This document shows, piece after piece, positions 1-12,919 of a stretch of DNA of 64,000 nt. The stretch is from Octopus sinensis (Eukaryota), in assembly GCF_006345805.1 (NCBI RefSeq), contig NC_042998.1, positions 139,066,001 through 139,130,000 on the forward strand, read 5' to 3'. Both the position numbers and the translations under genes were made by a program. Below the pieces are notes generated by a model. It did no database searches. It had not been told where the DNA came from and worked only from the letters and a program-made list of their open reading frames with translations. Positions within the stretch are counted from its first letter, which is position 1; each line of letters opens with the position of its first letter.

Positions 1-299
1 TTTCTTTGTGTCTCTTTCTTTTAACATCACATGATGATAGTTGTAAATGAGTGTTATTGTCAAACAAACAGTATCATTCATTTGCAATATTCTCTGTAGG
101 TATGCCTGACCATGGAGAAATATTACCATGTTTGGAAATAGGTATGGGTTGGAATCAGGAAGAGCATCTTGCCATAGTAAATCTTTCTCTGTAAACTCTG
201 TCTGATCCATGCAAGCATGGAAAAATGATGATGATGATTTTTGTCTCTTGGATTTTTAAATTCTTTTTTATATTTTGTGCCATATAAAAACGTTTGTAT

Positions 300-1617
300 A
301 TTATACTTGGTGATAGTGTCTCAGATGTCGTGATGAATATAAATAATAGTTGCACCATAACTGTCCCATGAGAAAATTCCCATCTACTAATACTATGAAC
401 ATACATTTGGCAAGAAAAGTATTTATCCATGTTCCTATCTTTCCCAACATTCATGTTCTATTTTTAACATTATATTGAATTCAGACTTGTCAGAGGCTTT
501 TTGCAAAGTCTCACATATATAACTCTATATTTAAGAGCTTTGCAAATTCTGTATACGTAACATTGTAATTGTCTCTCTTTTTGATAATCTTGTCATAGTG
601 ATTTAATAGTTGGGATAGGCATGATTTGTTCCTTTTTTATAAAACCATGTTGATTATCTTTGCATTTATCATTTGAATTTATTGATTCACACATTGCTTT
701 TCTGACTGCTCTTTCAAAAATTTTTGTAATCAAACTTGTAAGAGATATTGGTTTATAATTTTCGCCAAAACTTTGGCTGCTTTTGAAGATAGGAATAACT
801 TTCACCTTCCACATGTCTGATGGCTATGTTTACAGTTTGTTTGTTTTTTTAATTTCTATTGGCCATGTATCAGAGCCTGAACTTCTCTTAATTTGGTATG
901 AAGTTGATTGCATCTGTAATTGTTTTCTTGGTAATATTAATGTCTCTCAGATGATTTGTCTTTTTTTCCTCATCAAAGAACTGTTCAATCACAAATTTTC
1001 TTTCTTTTTTGGGGGGGAGGGCTGGGTGGTGGTCATAGGTGGGGTGTACTAAAAGTTGATGCATACTGGTCTTTTAACATTTGTTTGTAATTTCGTCATT
1101 TTCATAATTCGTCAGGAGAGTTTTCTCTAAATTTTTTAGTGGCCCAGTTGTTGATTTTGTGTTGGTGGTCTTGTTTGGTTATTTATTAACGAATCTTAAA
1201 TTTGTTTTGATTTTTACTGATTGTGCTTGATTCACACTGTTCTGTTACATCAACTTTCAAATTTGTTTTTTATAATTTTCTTTTTATTATTTTTAATATT
1301 GATTTTTTCTCTCTCAGCTCTTTGAGATTTTTCTACAATATTTTTCTTTCTTTTTGATACCTTTAAATAATTTCTTATTTCTTTCAAGAATATGTTTTCT
1401 ACAGATTACTAGCATTCTATCTGTTAGAATTTGGTACAGTCCTTGTATATGTTTTTCTTCAACTTCCTCATTCCATTTAATTCTGGTTATCTTTCCTTTA
1501 ATTTGTCGCCATTTTAGTTTCCTTTGACCAGAGATTTAGAGAAACCTCAATTCTTTGTATCTTGATCTCTTGTTTTTATCACTCTTGTCTTTGGATATTC
1601 AATGATATTGTGATTAT
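300..1617 (-). mobile_element. Degenerate non-LTR retrotransposon (CR1/L2-like) ORF2 fragment
   Basis: Minus-strand WKVKVIPIFK...NYKPISLTSLITKIFER...NQHGF (RT N-terminal motifs) and an HNII-like endonuclease end near 1610; many stops and frameshifts. Boundaries approximate. Confidence 0.7.
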
Positions 1618-2538
1618 ACTGGCAGAATCATTAGGGCATCAGAAAAACTACTTTGCAGCATTCGATCCAGCTCTTTATGTCCTGAGTTCAAATCCCAAGA
1701 TTTGAACTAGATAGGCTAGGCTTTTCATCTTTATAGGGTCAAAAAACTAAAGTACAAGTCAAGTACTGGAATTGATGGCATCAACTAACCTCCTTTCCCT
1801 TTGAAATTACTGAAAGATAAGATTTAGAGTGTGTATTAAAATTTAGAATGTTAGTCTTCGACAATGCAGAAGTAGTCACACACACCATGATGATATATAC
1901 TTCTAAAGACTGTTTTTTTTTTTGTGGGTTTCATAACATGCTGTTAGTGTGGTTAAGATTGAAACTGCCTGTGCATAATTGCACTGAACCCTTTAGCATT
2001 TAAACTAGCCATAACCAGCCAGATCTGGTTTCTCACGCCTACCCTACAACATCAGTCTAAATATATACAATCATATCTTCAAAACTTCAAGATAATGCAT
2101 TATTAATTCAAAGCAATGTAAATAAATATTACATTCGACAGAATAATTTGAACCTTAAATTCACTAGATTCAGTCTCTGTCCAGATTTTATGGATCTCTC
2201 CCTTATTGATAAACTAGCTTTTTTTCATGGTTCTCTCAAGGCTGTGATCATCCCTATTGATAGTGCACTGCTTTCTTCCACACTTTGCTTGTCTAGACAG
2301 CATCTCAGAGAAATACTTCAACTCAGAATTTTGGGAACAGCCTAATTTTCTTACGATAAATTTCTGTCTTCTGTTTGTACTATACAAAATGTGTTAATGA
2401 TGGTCTTTCACCAAAACTGAGACAAGTATAATGTCCTCCAGTGAAGTACGATGTTGGCAGACAATGTAGAAGAATCCAACACATGCCAGCATGGAAAGCA
2501 GACATTAACTGATGATAATGATGATTTTATATACAGAT

Positions 2539-2870
2539 GCAGGCATGGCTGTGTGGTTAAGATCACTTTGCAACCATGTGATCTTGGGTTCAGTCTCATT
2601 GCATGGCACCTTGGGCAAATGTCTTCTACTATAGCCCAATGTTGACCAGTGTCTTGTGAGCAGACTTAATTAACAGAAACTGTACATGCCTGTGGTATAT
2701 GAGTAGGCAGGTGTCTTTTTGTGTTTGTCCCCTGCCACTGCTTAACAACCAGTGTTGGTTTGTTTACCTTCCTGTAACTTAGCTATTCAACAGAAGATAA
2801 GTATGAAACTTAAAAATAAGTACTGGGGTCAATTTGCTCAACTAAAATCCCCAATACTGAAGCAAGTAAA
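2539..2870 (+). mobile_element. tRNA-derived SINE of the dominant dispersed family (representative copy)
   Basis: Head GGCTGTGTGGTTAAG...GGGTTCAGTC, core GGCACCTTGGGCAA.TGTCTTCTACTATAGC, tail ...GAAGCAAGTAAAAG; more than 15 related copies or fragments on both strands. Confidence 0.8.
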
Positions 2871-3006
2871 AGCTTATATCATCATCATAGTCATTTAATG
2901 TCGATTTTCCATGCTGGTATGAGTTGAACGGTTTGACAGGAACTGGTCAGCTGAATAACTACCCAGGCTCCTTGTCTATTTTGGCAATAAAGATTATATC
3001 AAATTA

Positions 3007-4249
3007 TTGGGTTGGCAACTAAGTTCTCACTGTTTTTTTAAAATTTAAATTTTTTAAAAGGCTTACTAAAAAATGACAACTAATTCATCAATAATGTATT
3101 CACCCTTGTTGTTTACAACTTCTTCCCAACGTTCAACAAGATTTTCAATACCTCGTTTTTTGACTCGAAAAATTGATCCAACCAAGCTCTCAATTCTGCA
3201 TCAATATTGAACGAAACTCCGTACATAGCATTTGAAAGAGATCGAAAGAGGTGGAAATCCGTTGGTGCCAAATCAGGAGAGTATGGTGGGTGTGGCAGCA
3301 CTTCCCAGCCATGTGTTTTAATGGCTTCCTTGGTCATATTGGCGATATGAGGGCGGGCGTTGTTGATTAGATCTTTTCTTTTGAATAACCGTGTTGAGTC
3401 ATTCCATCGGTTGAACATAGAGTTCCATGTTGACTGTTTGGTTCCGTTCAAGCAATTTGTAATGGATAATCCCTTCCCAGTCCCACCATACACACAGCAT
3501 TGTTTTACGCGGATGAAGATCTTGTTTCATGCGCAGTGTCACTTGTTTACCAGGGCTAAGCCATTCCTTACACTGCTTCATATTGATGTACAGGCACCAT
3601 TTTTCGTCGCAAGTAATGATTCGGTAAAGAAATCGTTGCTTGTGTCCATGAGTTGAGTGGTGACAAACAAGTAAACCAGCAGAGATTGTGTCTTGTTGAT
3701 TTTTGTTGTTATCACTTAAAGCATGCATAACTCATCCTCCACACTTCTGAACCTTTCCCATTGAGTGAAGATGCTTCTCTGTAGCAGTGTGGGAGCATTC
3801 CATTTTCTCTGCCAGTTCCTTGTCATTTGATGACAATTTTTGTACAAAAGTTGGTTTAATGGCTCTTCATCGAATTCAGCTGGATGGCCAGAATGAGGTG
3901 CGTCTTTGGGGTCAAAATTTCTATTTTTGAACTTGGCATACCAATCACGAGTGGTTCTTTCAGCTATGGCACCCTCTCCATACGCAACACAAATGTCACA
4001 AGCAGCTTTTGCGGCCTTAGAACCTTGATTAAAAGCAAAAAGGAGGAGGTATCAAAAATGCTCGTTTTCTTAACTTGACATTCCATTTTAATGAGCTGAA
4101 AATAAACAAAAATTAACTAGAAAAAAACAAAACAAAATAGATTCCAAAATGATTCAAAAATAGAATTCTTGAAAAAAATAGATTCCAAAATTTAAAACAC
4201 AATAAATTCCAAAATTAAAAAAACAGCAGGAACTTAGTTGCCAACCGAA
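3007..4249 (-). mobile_element. Near full-length mariner (DD34D) transposon with decayed transposase
   Basis: TIRs TTGGGTTGGCAACTAAGTTC / GAACTTAGTTGCCAACCGAA, TA on both sides; 1243 bp. Confidence 0.93.
3084..4086 (-). pseudogene. Mariner transposase pseudogene
   Basis: ATG at 4086 (MECQVKKNEHF*); motifs ITCDEKW, MLCVWWD, NARPH, HPPYSPDLAPTDFHLF with 34-residue D-D spacing; stops and frameshifts. Confidence 0.88.
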
Positions 4250-5352
4250 TATTAAGAGAAAGTGTGTTACTGAAATGTTCTCATGTTGAAATTAGTAAAG
4301 TTTTCATCTTTATCTTTTATCTTCTACTTGTTTCCATCATTATACTGCAGCAATGCTAGGGCACTGCCTTGAAGAATTTTAATTGAATGAATCAACCCCC
4401 AGTACTTCTATTTTTGAAGTCTGGTACTTATTCTATTGATCTCCTTTGCCAAACCCCCAAGTTACACACCAACACCAGTTCTTAAGTGATGGTGAGGAGG
4501 CAAGCATACACACTTATATGAGTGGCTTCTTTCAGTTTCCATCCACCAAATCCACTTACAAGGCTTTGGTCAGCCTGAAATTATAGTAGAAGACAAGGTG
4601 CCATGCAATGGGTCTGAACCTAGAACCATGTGGTTGGGAAGCGAACTTCTTACCACACAGCCACACTTGTGCCTATATCTTTGTCCATTTTCTTCAACTT
4701 GTAAGTCTACAGTTATCATTCAAGAAATTATGAGATTGCTCACAGAATGAAATGCAGTAATAGTGCATATCTACTGTCCATCACAGCAATAATAACTGTT
4801 TTGAATTTTAATATTTGCTCTGGTTTGAGATCAAATTCCACCAAAGTCAACTTTGCCTTTTATCTTTCAGAGTTGATAAAATAAGTACCAGTTGAGTACG
4901 GAGGTGATGTAATCTAATTACCCCTCCCCTAAAATTGCTAGCCATGTGCCAAAATTTGTAACTAATGTTTTTTTCTGGCTTAAGGCTGTGAGCAGGTAGA
5001 ATTATTACCATGCTGGGCAAAATGCTTATTGCCATTTCTTCCGACTTTACATTCAAATGTCACTGGGTAAATTTGCCTTTCACTCTTTCAGGGTTAATAA
5101 ATTAAGTACCAGTTGAGCACTAGGTTCAATATAATCAATTTACCTGCTCCCCCAAAATTGCTGGCCTTGTACCAAAATTTGAAACCAGTATTTTTTTCTA
5201 ACTTTCTAGTTAAGAAGCTTGCTTTGTAACCAACTACTTGGTGTTGGGTTCAGTCCCACTGCATGTCACCTTCAGCAAGCGTCTTCTATTATAGCTCCAG
5301 GTTGACAATGTATTGTGAGTGAATTTGGTAGAAGGAAACTGTATGGAAGCTA

Positions 5353-5918
5353 TTGGGTTGTCCGGAAAGTTCATGCCGATTTATAGTAGCTTACCTTTCG
5401 ACTTATTTTAGAACATGGTAGAGTCCATAAAATAGGATTTGACTACACCTCCATTTAGAGCACAGTTTAAGCTATCTTTTCGTGGAAGAAGGTTTATGTT
5501 CCTATAACTTGTGTTAATTCTGTAACCCTTTAAAATGGAAGATAAGAAAGTTCATTTTCGGTACTTGATGCTTTGGGAACCAGACAAAAATTGCTGCAGC
5601 TCGGCTGGGATGTGTTACCCCACCCTCCATATTCACCAGATATTGCTCCTTCGGATTTCCACTTATTCAGGTCTCTGCAGAATAGTCTTAATGGTAAAAA
5701 TTTCAATTCCTTGGGTGACGTAAAAAGATACCTTGATGAATTCTTTGCCTCGAAACCACCTTAATTCTGGGAAGAGGGTATTTTGAAGTTAAAGGAAAGA
5801 GGGAGACACATTGTGCAACAAAATGGTTCATATTTGGTTGATTAAAAATGAATTGGCAACTGTTTATTGACCTTTTTCTTCCCTTTAAAAATCGGCATGC
5901 ACTTTCTGGACAACCCAA
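5353..5918 (+). mobile_element. Internally deleted mariner (566 bp) inserted into a SINE
   Basis: TIRs TTGGGTTGTCCGGAAAGTTCATGCCGATTT / AAATCGGCATGCACTTTCTGGACAACCCAA with TA duplication. N-terminus MEDKKVHFRYLMLWE is fused near 5580 to C-terminal TRQKLLQLGWDVLPHPPYSPDIAPSDFHLFRSLQN. Confidence 0.92.
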
Positions 5919-8900
5919 TAGTTGTGTGTGTGGGAAAAGAGAGGGAGAGAAATTTCTGTGTATCTTCATCCCCTCAAACCGCTTGATAATTTGTGTTAGT
6001 TTGTTTACATCTCTGTAACTTAATGGTTTGCCAGAAGAGAGTGATAGAATAAGTACTGGACTTGAAAAAAAACACCCCCAAAAATACTGAGGTTGATTTG
6101 TCTGATTAAGACCCTTTGAGGCAGTGCCCTAGCATGGCTGCAGTCCAGTGATTGAAACCAGTAAAAGATAAAAGAGTATTTCGATTTTCTGATTCGTGTA
6201 CACAAACGCACGCACACACACACACACACATTTTATCTATGTATACATTGTATCTCAAGACACTATTTTACATATTCAATATCAAACAAGCCAAAAACAG
6301 AGACCATAAAATATATGAATACACTAGAGTTCTTTACATCTCATTAAACACAACTATCTTTTATAAAAGCTCTTAGGTCAGTAGAATCAAAGTCTAAGTG
6401 ACCTTTTGACCTTTTTCTTTTTTTCTTTTCTTTAATAGTGATTTTAAATATCTTTTTTCCCCTGTTACTCTTTTTCCATCTCCCCTCTCTCCTCTCTTAT
6501 ATTTTCTTTTTCTTTTCCATTTATCTTCTCTTCCAGAAGCAAAGAGAAGACAAATGATTTCATCAGTTCTTATTCTCTCTCGCTCTATTTCTGCTCTTCT
6601 TCTTCCTCTCCTCCCACTCATTTGTCACTTTCCTCTATGTAAACCAATAAGGCCAACCTAGATTGTCTGCATTATCAACTGATCAATACATACTTATGTA
6701 CATACGCACATATTGTTAATCACCTGAGGACTAGAAAAACTAAAAAAAAAACCTCCAAATAGCAACTCATGGAGACTCAGTTTTAAATAAATAATGTTAT
6801 TCCACTCCACTTAGCAGTATTGGGTAACACACAAATTCACATCAAGAATCTTGCAAACCAAATATAACAACAAAATATTCTAAGCTCTAGCCAAGCTAGC
6901 AAAATGCTGAAAACCACTTTCTACTGTCTCAAGATCAGAATAATCACCCAACAGCTTTCTTCCATAATAGAATGCATCAACTTCATTAATTCACTCACTG
7001 ATATGACAGTGTGGTAAGATGATTGTTTCCCAACCACATGATTCTGGGTTCAGTCCCACTGTGCAGCACCTTGAACAAGTCTCTGGGTCAGCCAAAGCTG
7101 TAAGTGGATTAGGTGTAAGACCAAAGCTAATCATAGACAGACAGACAGACAGACATGCATTTCTTTGTATTTGTACTTGTCCTCCATTGTTGCTTGACAA
7201 CCAGTGTTGGTTTGTTTACATCCCTGTAACTTAGCAGTTCAGCTAAAGAGACTGATAGAATAAGTACCATTCTTAAAATATAAGTACTAAGGTTAGTTTG
7301 TTCAAAGCAGTGCCCCAGCATAGACACGGTCTAATGACCGAAACAAATAAACAATAGAAAATCTATATAGGTATAAACTGAAACTTGGAACTAGGAAATA
7401 GGCAGACAGACCTGAAGCAAGCCTGGAGTAGAGAAGGCATATCATTGGTGAGGTTGTGAGTGGCAGTGAAAGGACTTTAACAAACATAGCTGATTGATTG
7501 ATTAACTGAACAAATAATCAAAGATTTGATTGGTTAATTGGTTAAATGTTAATGAAATGGCTAATAATAAAAGAAGTGAAGTAGTACTAGTGTGTATATT
7601 TATTATTGTTATAGTAACCCTTCTGAGATACCACAAATACACAATGCAAAAACAAAATATCCCCTGCTTACAATAAATAATGGGTGCAAGAGGCACACTG
7701 AATAAACCAGCTGGAGGAGATACCATCCTGGGGTTAAATGTCAATATCATTGTCTCTTAGAGGATAGCCACATTAAAGTGGCCATAAACAATACTTTTTG
7801 GTTTGTATACTGCTTCGATCTCAAGCACATTTTCTAACGGACTAGTTTCCTAGTTACAGAATCAGTGATTGTATGACACTGTTTTTTCTATATATTGCAA
7901 GCGAGGTAAACTGCTGCCATGCCTGGCACTGAGAATCCACCACTGAGGAGATCCAATACAGATCAAAACCACGTGGTCTTTTGGTCTTGAAGCTAGGGTG
8001 GCAGCAGTTATCTCCCACTTACAATAAATACTGAGTGTGAGAAACCAGCTAGAGGAGATGTCTTCCTGGGTTAAATGGCAACATTGTCTCTTAAAGGACA
8101 GCCACATTAAAATGGCCATAAGCAAAAACAAAGTACATTTTTGTTTTATTTAATTGCAATTTACATACAACCAGTGTGAAACAATAAGGATCTAAATTTT
8201 TATTTACAAATTTTCATAATTTCCTTACATCTGCTAGTATGTCAACATGGAAAGTGGCCGTTAAATGATGATGATGATCAAGTTATGACATAACTTGCCA
8301 AAAGATTCTGTGCACCTTCTGAAGAAACTCAAAGTAGCAAGAGACTAACTATTATTAATCTTTACTATGGTAAACACTAAACATTTTAGATTTTCTCAAA
8401 TGAGAATTTCCAAAGACCTCCTCACTTCATATAAAAAATTTGTTTTTATACCTTTTAATATTTTTCAATATTTTTTCTCGTTTTTCTTTCTTTCATTCCT
8501 CATTTTTCAATTTCCCAATTTTTTATTGTGTCAGGTCTCCATGGTTTTCTTTTCATTGCTCTGCTCTATCATCTTTCTCACTTAACCCTTGGTTTCCCAT
8601 TGATAACCCCCCTCCCCCCAAGTATCACCTCCTCCTACCTGTTCATTCTTTCCTCCTAGATCAACTTTACTTCTCTTAGCATAGCACCCCTGCCTCTCAC
8701 CATCCTACTACAGCATCACCCTGACACATTTCTCTGTACTAGATATATATTTCTGTCTCTTTCTCTTTCTTTGCCTCTCTTTTGCTTTCCTCACACACTC
8801 TTTCTCTCTCTTTCCCTCCCTAATACTTTAATTCTTCCTTCATTCTGATTTTCTATCTTGTCTTTCTTTTATCTCCAGTCCTGCAGGACATTTTCATCTT

Positions 8901-9404
8901 CCTTTGATTCATCCCATATCAGTCTGTCTTGCGGCTGCACATTATTTTTTTTTTTATTGTATATGTATGTTTTATTTTGTTATGTTTGTTTTCATCATTG
9001 TCCTATACATTTGTTAGGTATTCCCAGTGGATTTTTGCCACTGGTGCCACCAAGAGTGAACAATATCATTGTTAAAGGTGCAAAATTGTAATGATCATTT
9101 GGACATTGACTGATGAGGAATACGCTACGAATTCGCTGTTATGTTTTCATAATATTTCCGTTTATTGTGTTTATATTAATCATGACCATTGAATGTCCCT
9201 TTTTCTATGCTAGCATAGGTTGGATGTTTCAACAAGAACTGACAAACCTGAGCACTGCACTGAGTTCCAGTGTCGGTTTTGGTATCGCTTCTGCAGATAG
9301 ATGCCCTTCCTAATGCCAACTACTTCACAGAGTGTGTTGAGTACTTTTTTTTATGGCATATGCCTGTATGTATGCATGTATTCATATATGTGTGTGTATG
9401 TATG

Positions 9405-9439
<35 letters not shown>

Positions 9440-9441
9440 CA

Positions 9442-9822
9442 CTAGCAGAGATACCCGGTGTTGCTCAGGATTAAAATGGCATAGTTTTTTATTGTTTTAC
9501 TTGCTTCGGTCATGTGACTGCAGCCGTGTTGGAGCACCACCTTTAGTTGAAGAAATTGACAACAGGACTTGTTCTTTGTAAGCATAGTACTTATTCTATT
9601 GGTGTGTTTTGCAAACAGCTAAGTTATAGGCATGTAAACACATCAACATCGGCAGTCAAGTGATGGTGGGGGCTAGCAAAAACTGTCCGATGAACAGCAA
9701 CAGGAAACTCAGAGTAACAGGTTTTGTTGAATTTTCTGCTGCTTTAAATAAAGCATATTACTCTACCACTGGTATTTGAGTACTCTTTTTTCCACCTTGT
9801 TTCACATTTATGTGTTTACTCC

Positions 9823-9895
<73 letters not shown>

Positions 9896-10350
9896 GTATA
9901 CATACATACATATATATATACATCATCATTTAACGACCGTTTTCCATGCTAGCATGGGTTGGATGGTTCAAGCAGGGTCTGGTAAGCCATGGAGACTGCA
10001 CCAGGCTCTAGTCTGATTTGGCAGTGTTTCTACAGCTGGATGCCCTTCCTAACGCTAACCACTCCATGAGTGTAGTGGGTGTTTTTTACGTGCCACCGGC
10101 ACAGGAGCCAGACCAGGCTGGCAAATGGCCACGATCAGTTGGTGCTTTTATGTGTCACCAACACGGATGCCAGTCAGGCGACACTAGTATCTGCCACGTT
10201 CGGACGGTGCTTTTTACGTGTCACGGCATGGGTGTCTTAACTACAATTTCCATTTGGATTTTTATACATACATATATATATATATAGGTATATATAAATA
10301 TAGGTATATATAAATTTATATATATATGTATATATACATACATATATTGC

Positions 10351-10388
<38 letters not shown>

Positions 10389-10802
10389 TATGCATTGTTG
10401 TAGTAGTACACTTAGTAGTACACTTATTCTAAGAACACATACTTAAATTTTATGTATCTCCATGAAAAGTGGCTGTATTTGCACTTTCAAAGGGGCTCTG
10501 TCTCGTGTTATAAACCCCATTAGTGGGGTTAAATAATATTGTAAGATGGTGAAATTTTGGAAACCGTCTTTATTTAGTACCTAGTAGTTGTTATTTTTAT
10601 TTAAATCGGAGGTATTTAAAATTTCACAAGGTGTTTTCCCCCTTTAAGCCCCCTAATTGAAATGGAAAGTAAATTTTATGTAGCTCATTGTCTTTCTTGT
10701 AAAATTTTACATGAGAACTCATACTTTGTTTTTATGTCTTCTATTCCTTTTTGTCCTATAGATGTACAGATACACAGACGATGAGCTTTATTATATAGAA
10801 GA
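9442..10802 (-). mobile_element. Non-autonomous Helitron-like element interrupted by SINE/RTE-tail insertions and (TA)n
   Basis: Minus strand starts TCTTCTATATAATAAAGCTC and ends with hairpin CCTGAGCAACACCGGG then CTAG, inserted between A and T. Confidence 0.65.
9824..9892. repeat. (TA)n microsatellite (others near 10262, 36847, 41688, 42810, 49856, 58946)
   Basis: Direct reading. Confidence 0.95.
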
Positions 10803-11999
10803 TATATATGTATGTTTGTGTGTATGTGTGCACATATAATTGTGTTTTCCCCATATCAAGATGTTGGCATGCTGCAAAAAAGGGGAAAAAAAATGTGTCA
10901 TTAAAAATATAAAGTAATGCCACAGTATATGAGTTAATTCATTTCCAGAGAACGCTTGTAAAGCGAAAATTCTTAAACAGAAAATAAAACTTGTAAAAAC
11001 TCATAAACCTGGGGTCTCATAAAGCAGGTCCTCGTAAAGTGAGGTATGAAAAACGTACAGCCAGTTAGCATATTTGTTATTGGAAGGACCAAGAGAAATA
11101 TTATCTTATTTGGAAACAAGTGAGAGTTGGTGACAGGATGGGCATCCAGCTATAGAAAATCTACCTCAATGGGTTTTGTCTTATCCTTGGAAGAGAGGAT
11201 GTTAAAACAACGATGATGAGTTACTTTTTACTCTCAAACCATAATCTTTGTGATTACACAAACATTGAACAAGAAACCAATTAAGTGCACCCTCTTTGTT
11301 GCAATAAAAACAGTTTCAGTGCAAGGTGTTTGAAAATGGAATTATAAAAGATAAAAAAGAATCAACTGTTATTTCACCTATCCAGTTTCATATCTACCTG
11401 TCAGGTGGTTAAGGAGATAAAATCAGGAAAGCTACAGACCCATTAGAGATTGTTGCTAAGATGTTAAAAGCATCCGACTATGTATTGTGCACATTTGTTA
11501 TCAGTATAGTTTTGTTTTGGTTTTATTTTTGCAAAAAATTTGTTTATATTATAGATTAATACCAAGGATATTGTTCATTAATACCTTAGTTAGCAACTGT
11601 TTGACATGTAATGAAGTAACAGAGCAATTTGTTAATTACCTTTTCACCCATTCATTACCGTATTTCTGTTGAAATACTCTGTTTTTGTTTCAATTAATTT
11701 TAAAAGTAATAAAATATTTGATAAAATAATTTTGCCATTATTAAGTTGGTGATTGGAATGTAAGTCAGCATGAAATTTTGATAAAAAGTTCTTAGATCAT
11801 TTTTTAAAATGATCTACAGAAAATGTCTATCAAAGAACCAAGGGCAAATTAGTATCAAAAGGATTAACTAATTGTATGTAGGAAAAATAATTACTTTCTA
11901 TTAAGGTGAGAAGAATCTATGTACAGCACTTCTCTTAACTGCAATGTTTCATAGTTGAGCTTCTTGTAAAATTGTACTTTTTCTCCTTCTGTTATCCAG

Positions 12000-12084
12000 A
12001 CCAAAAGATGCAATACGTGCCATAAAGAAAAAGCTGCAACAAAATGCTGGCAAGAATTACGCAGCTGTCATGTACACTCTAATT
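12000..12084 (+). CDS. TOM1L2: TOM1-family exon, VHS domain: (G)PKDAIRAIKKKLQQNAGKNYAAVMYTLI
   Basis: Acceptor ttctgttatccag, donor gtaagt; 85 nt, phase 2 to 0; matches vertebrate GPKDALRAVKKR. Not in the ORF track. Confidence 0.93.
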
Positions 12085-12779
12085 GTAAGTATTTCTTATT
12101 TTTCTTTTGTTGTTATTCATGTCTTCATCTTGTTCCTCTCACCGTTACTGTTGAGCATCAGATTTACAGCTAAGCAAATTAAAACCAATAGAGTTATGTA
12201 GCTTGCCAAATGATTCAGCACCATTTTTATGATGGCTTTTGTACTGAAAAAGTCTGTGTGCAAAAAAAAAAAAATGTGTGTGAGGAAGTGATAAAGAGTA
12301 TGTAGGTTACCTTTGTAGTTTACTGTATCTTAAATGCAATTTGAAAAAAATCAACTACTAGGGATTATGTATCATGAAAGCTGTCATGAAGTGAAGGCAA
12401 CCAATGTAGGAGCTTGGTTACTCAAAAATAAAAAAATGACCAGCGTAGTTCAGTGGAGATCTAAGTCCTGCAAGACAACCTCTGGTATTGCTTTCTTTAT
12501 AAAACACTTCAGAAACCTCATTGATAAGCATAACACTTCACTGATTTAACACTTTTCACTTGCACTTTGCTACTATAGCAAGGTCTTGTTGTTAACATTT
12601 AAACAAGAACTCTAGTTTGAAGATAACCCATTTGCTACTTCTAATGATATCTATACTTGAATAATGTCATTGGGCAGTACCAGTAGAAATATGTTCTTGG
12701 TGCCTGATTGTACAGGGACTTGAACTCATACATAACACATTGAGAGACTGTTCTGTTAGTAAGTGCATAATCTTATATC

Positions 12780-12919
12780 CAGAGCTGGGCGGAAGTCCAT
12801 TAATCCATTAATCAGTGAAGTTAACATTTTCATTAACGATTTAACTTTTAAATTAACTTATTGGTTAACAGATTAACAGTTAACAAAGTTAACTTTTTGA
12901 TTAATGGTGCCCACCTCTT
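12780..12919. mobile_element. hAT-like MITE (140 bp)
   Basis: Ends CAGAGCTGGGC...CCATTAATC / GATTAATGG.GCCCACCTCT; 8-bp flanks CTTATATC and CTTATATT (7/8 match); internal TTAAC repeats. Confidence 0.7.

Noticed and set aside
2539-2610. tRNA genes
   Set aside because: A/B-box-like motifs belong to decayed SINE heads; no cloverleaf could be built.
9810-10016. ORFs with YIYIYI, SLSLSL, ERERER or HTHTHT runs (here and elsewhere)
   Set aside because: Translations of microsatellites and SINEs.
1-11999. TOM1 first exons (start codon, ATDG..EDW..EICD)
   Set aside because: Not found by eye; probably upstream of the window.
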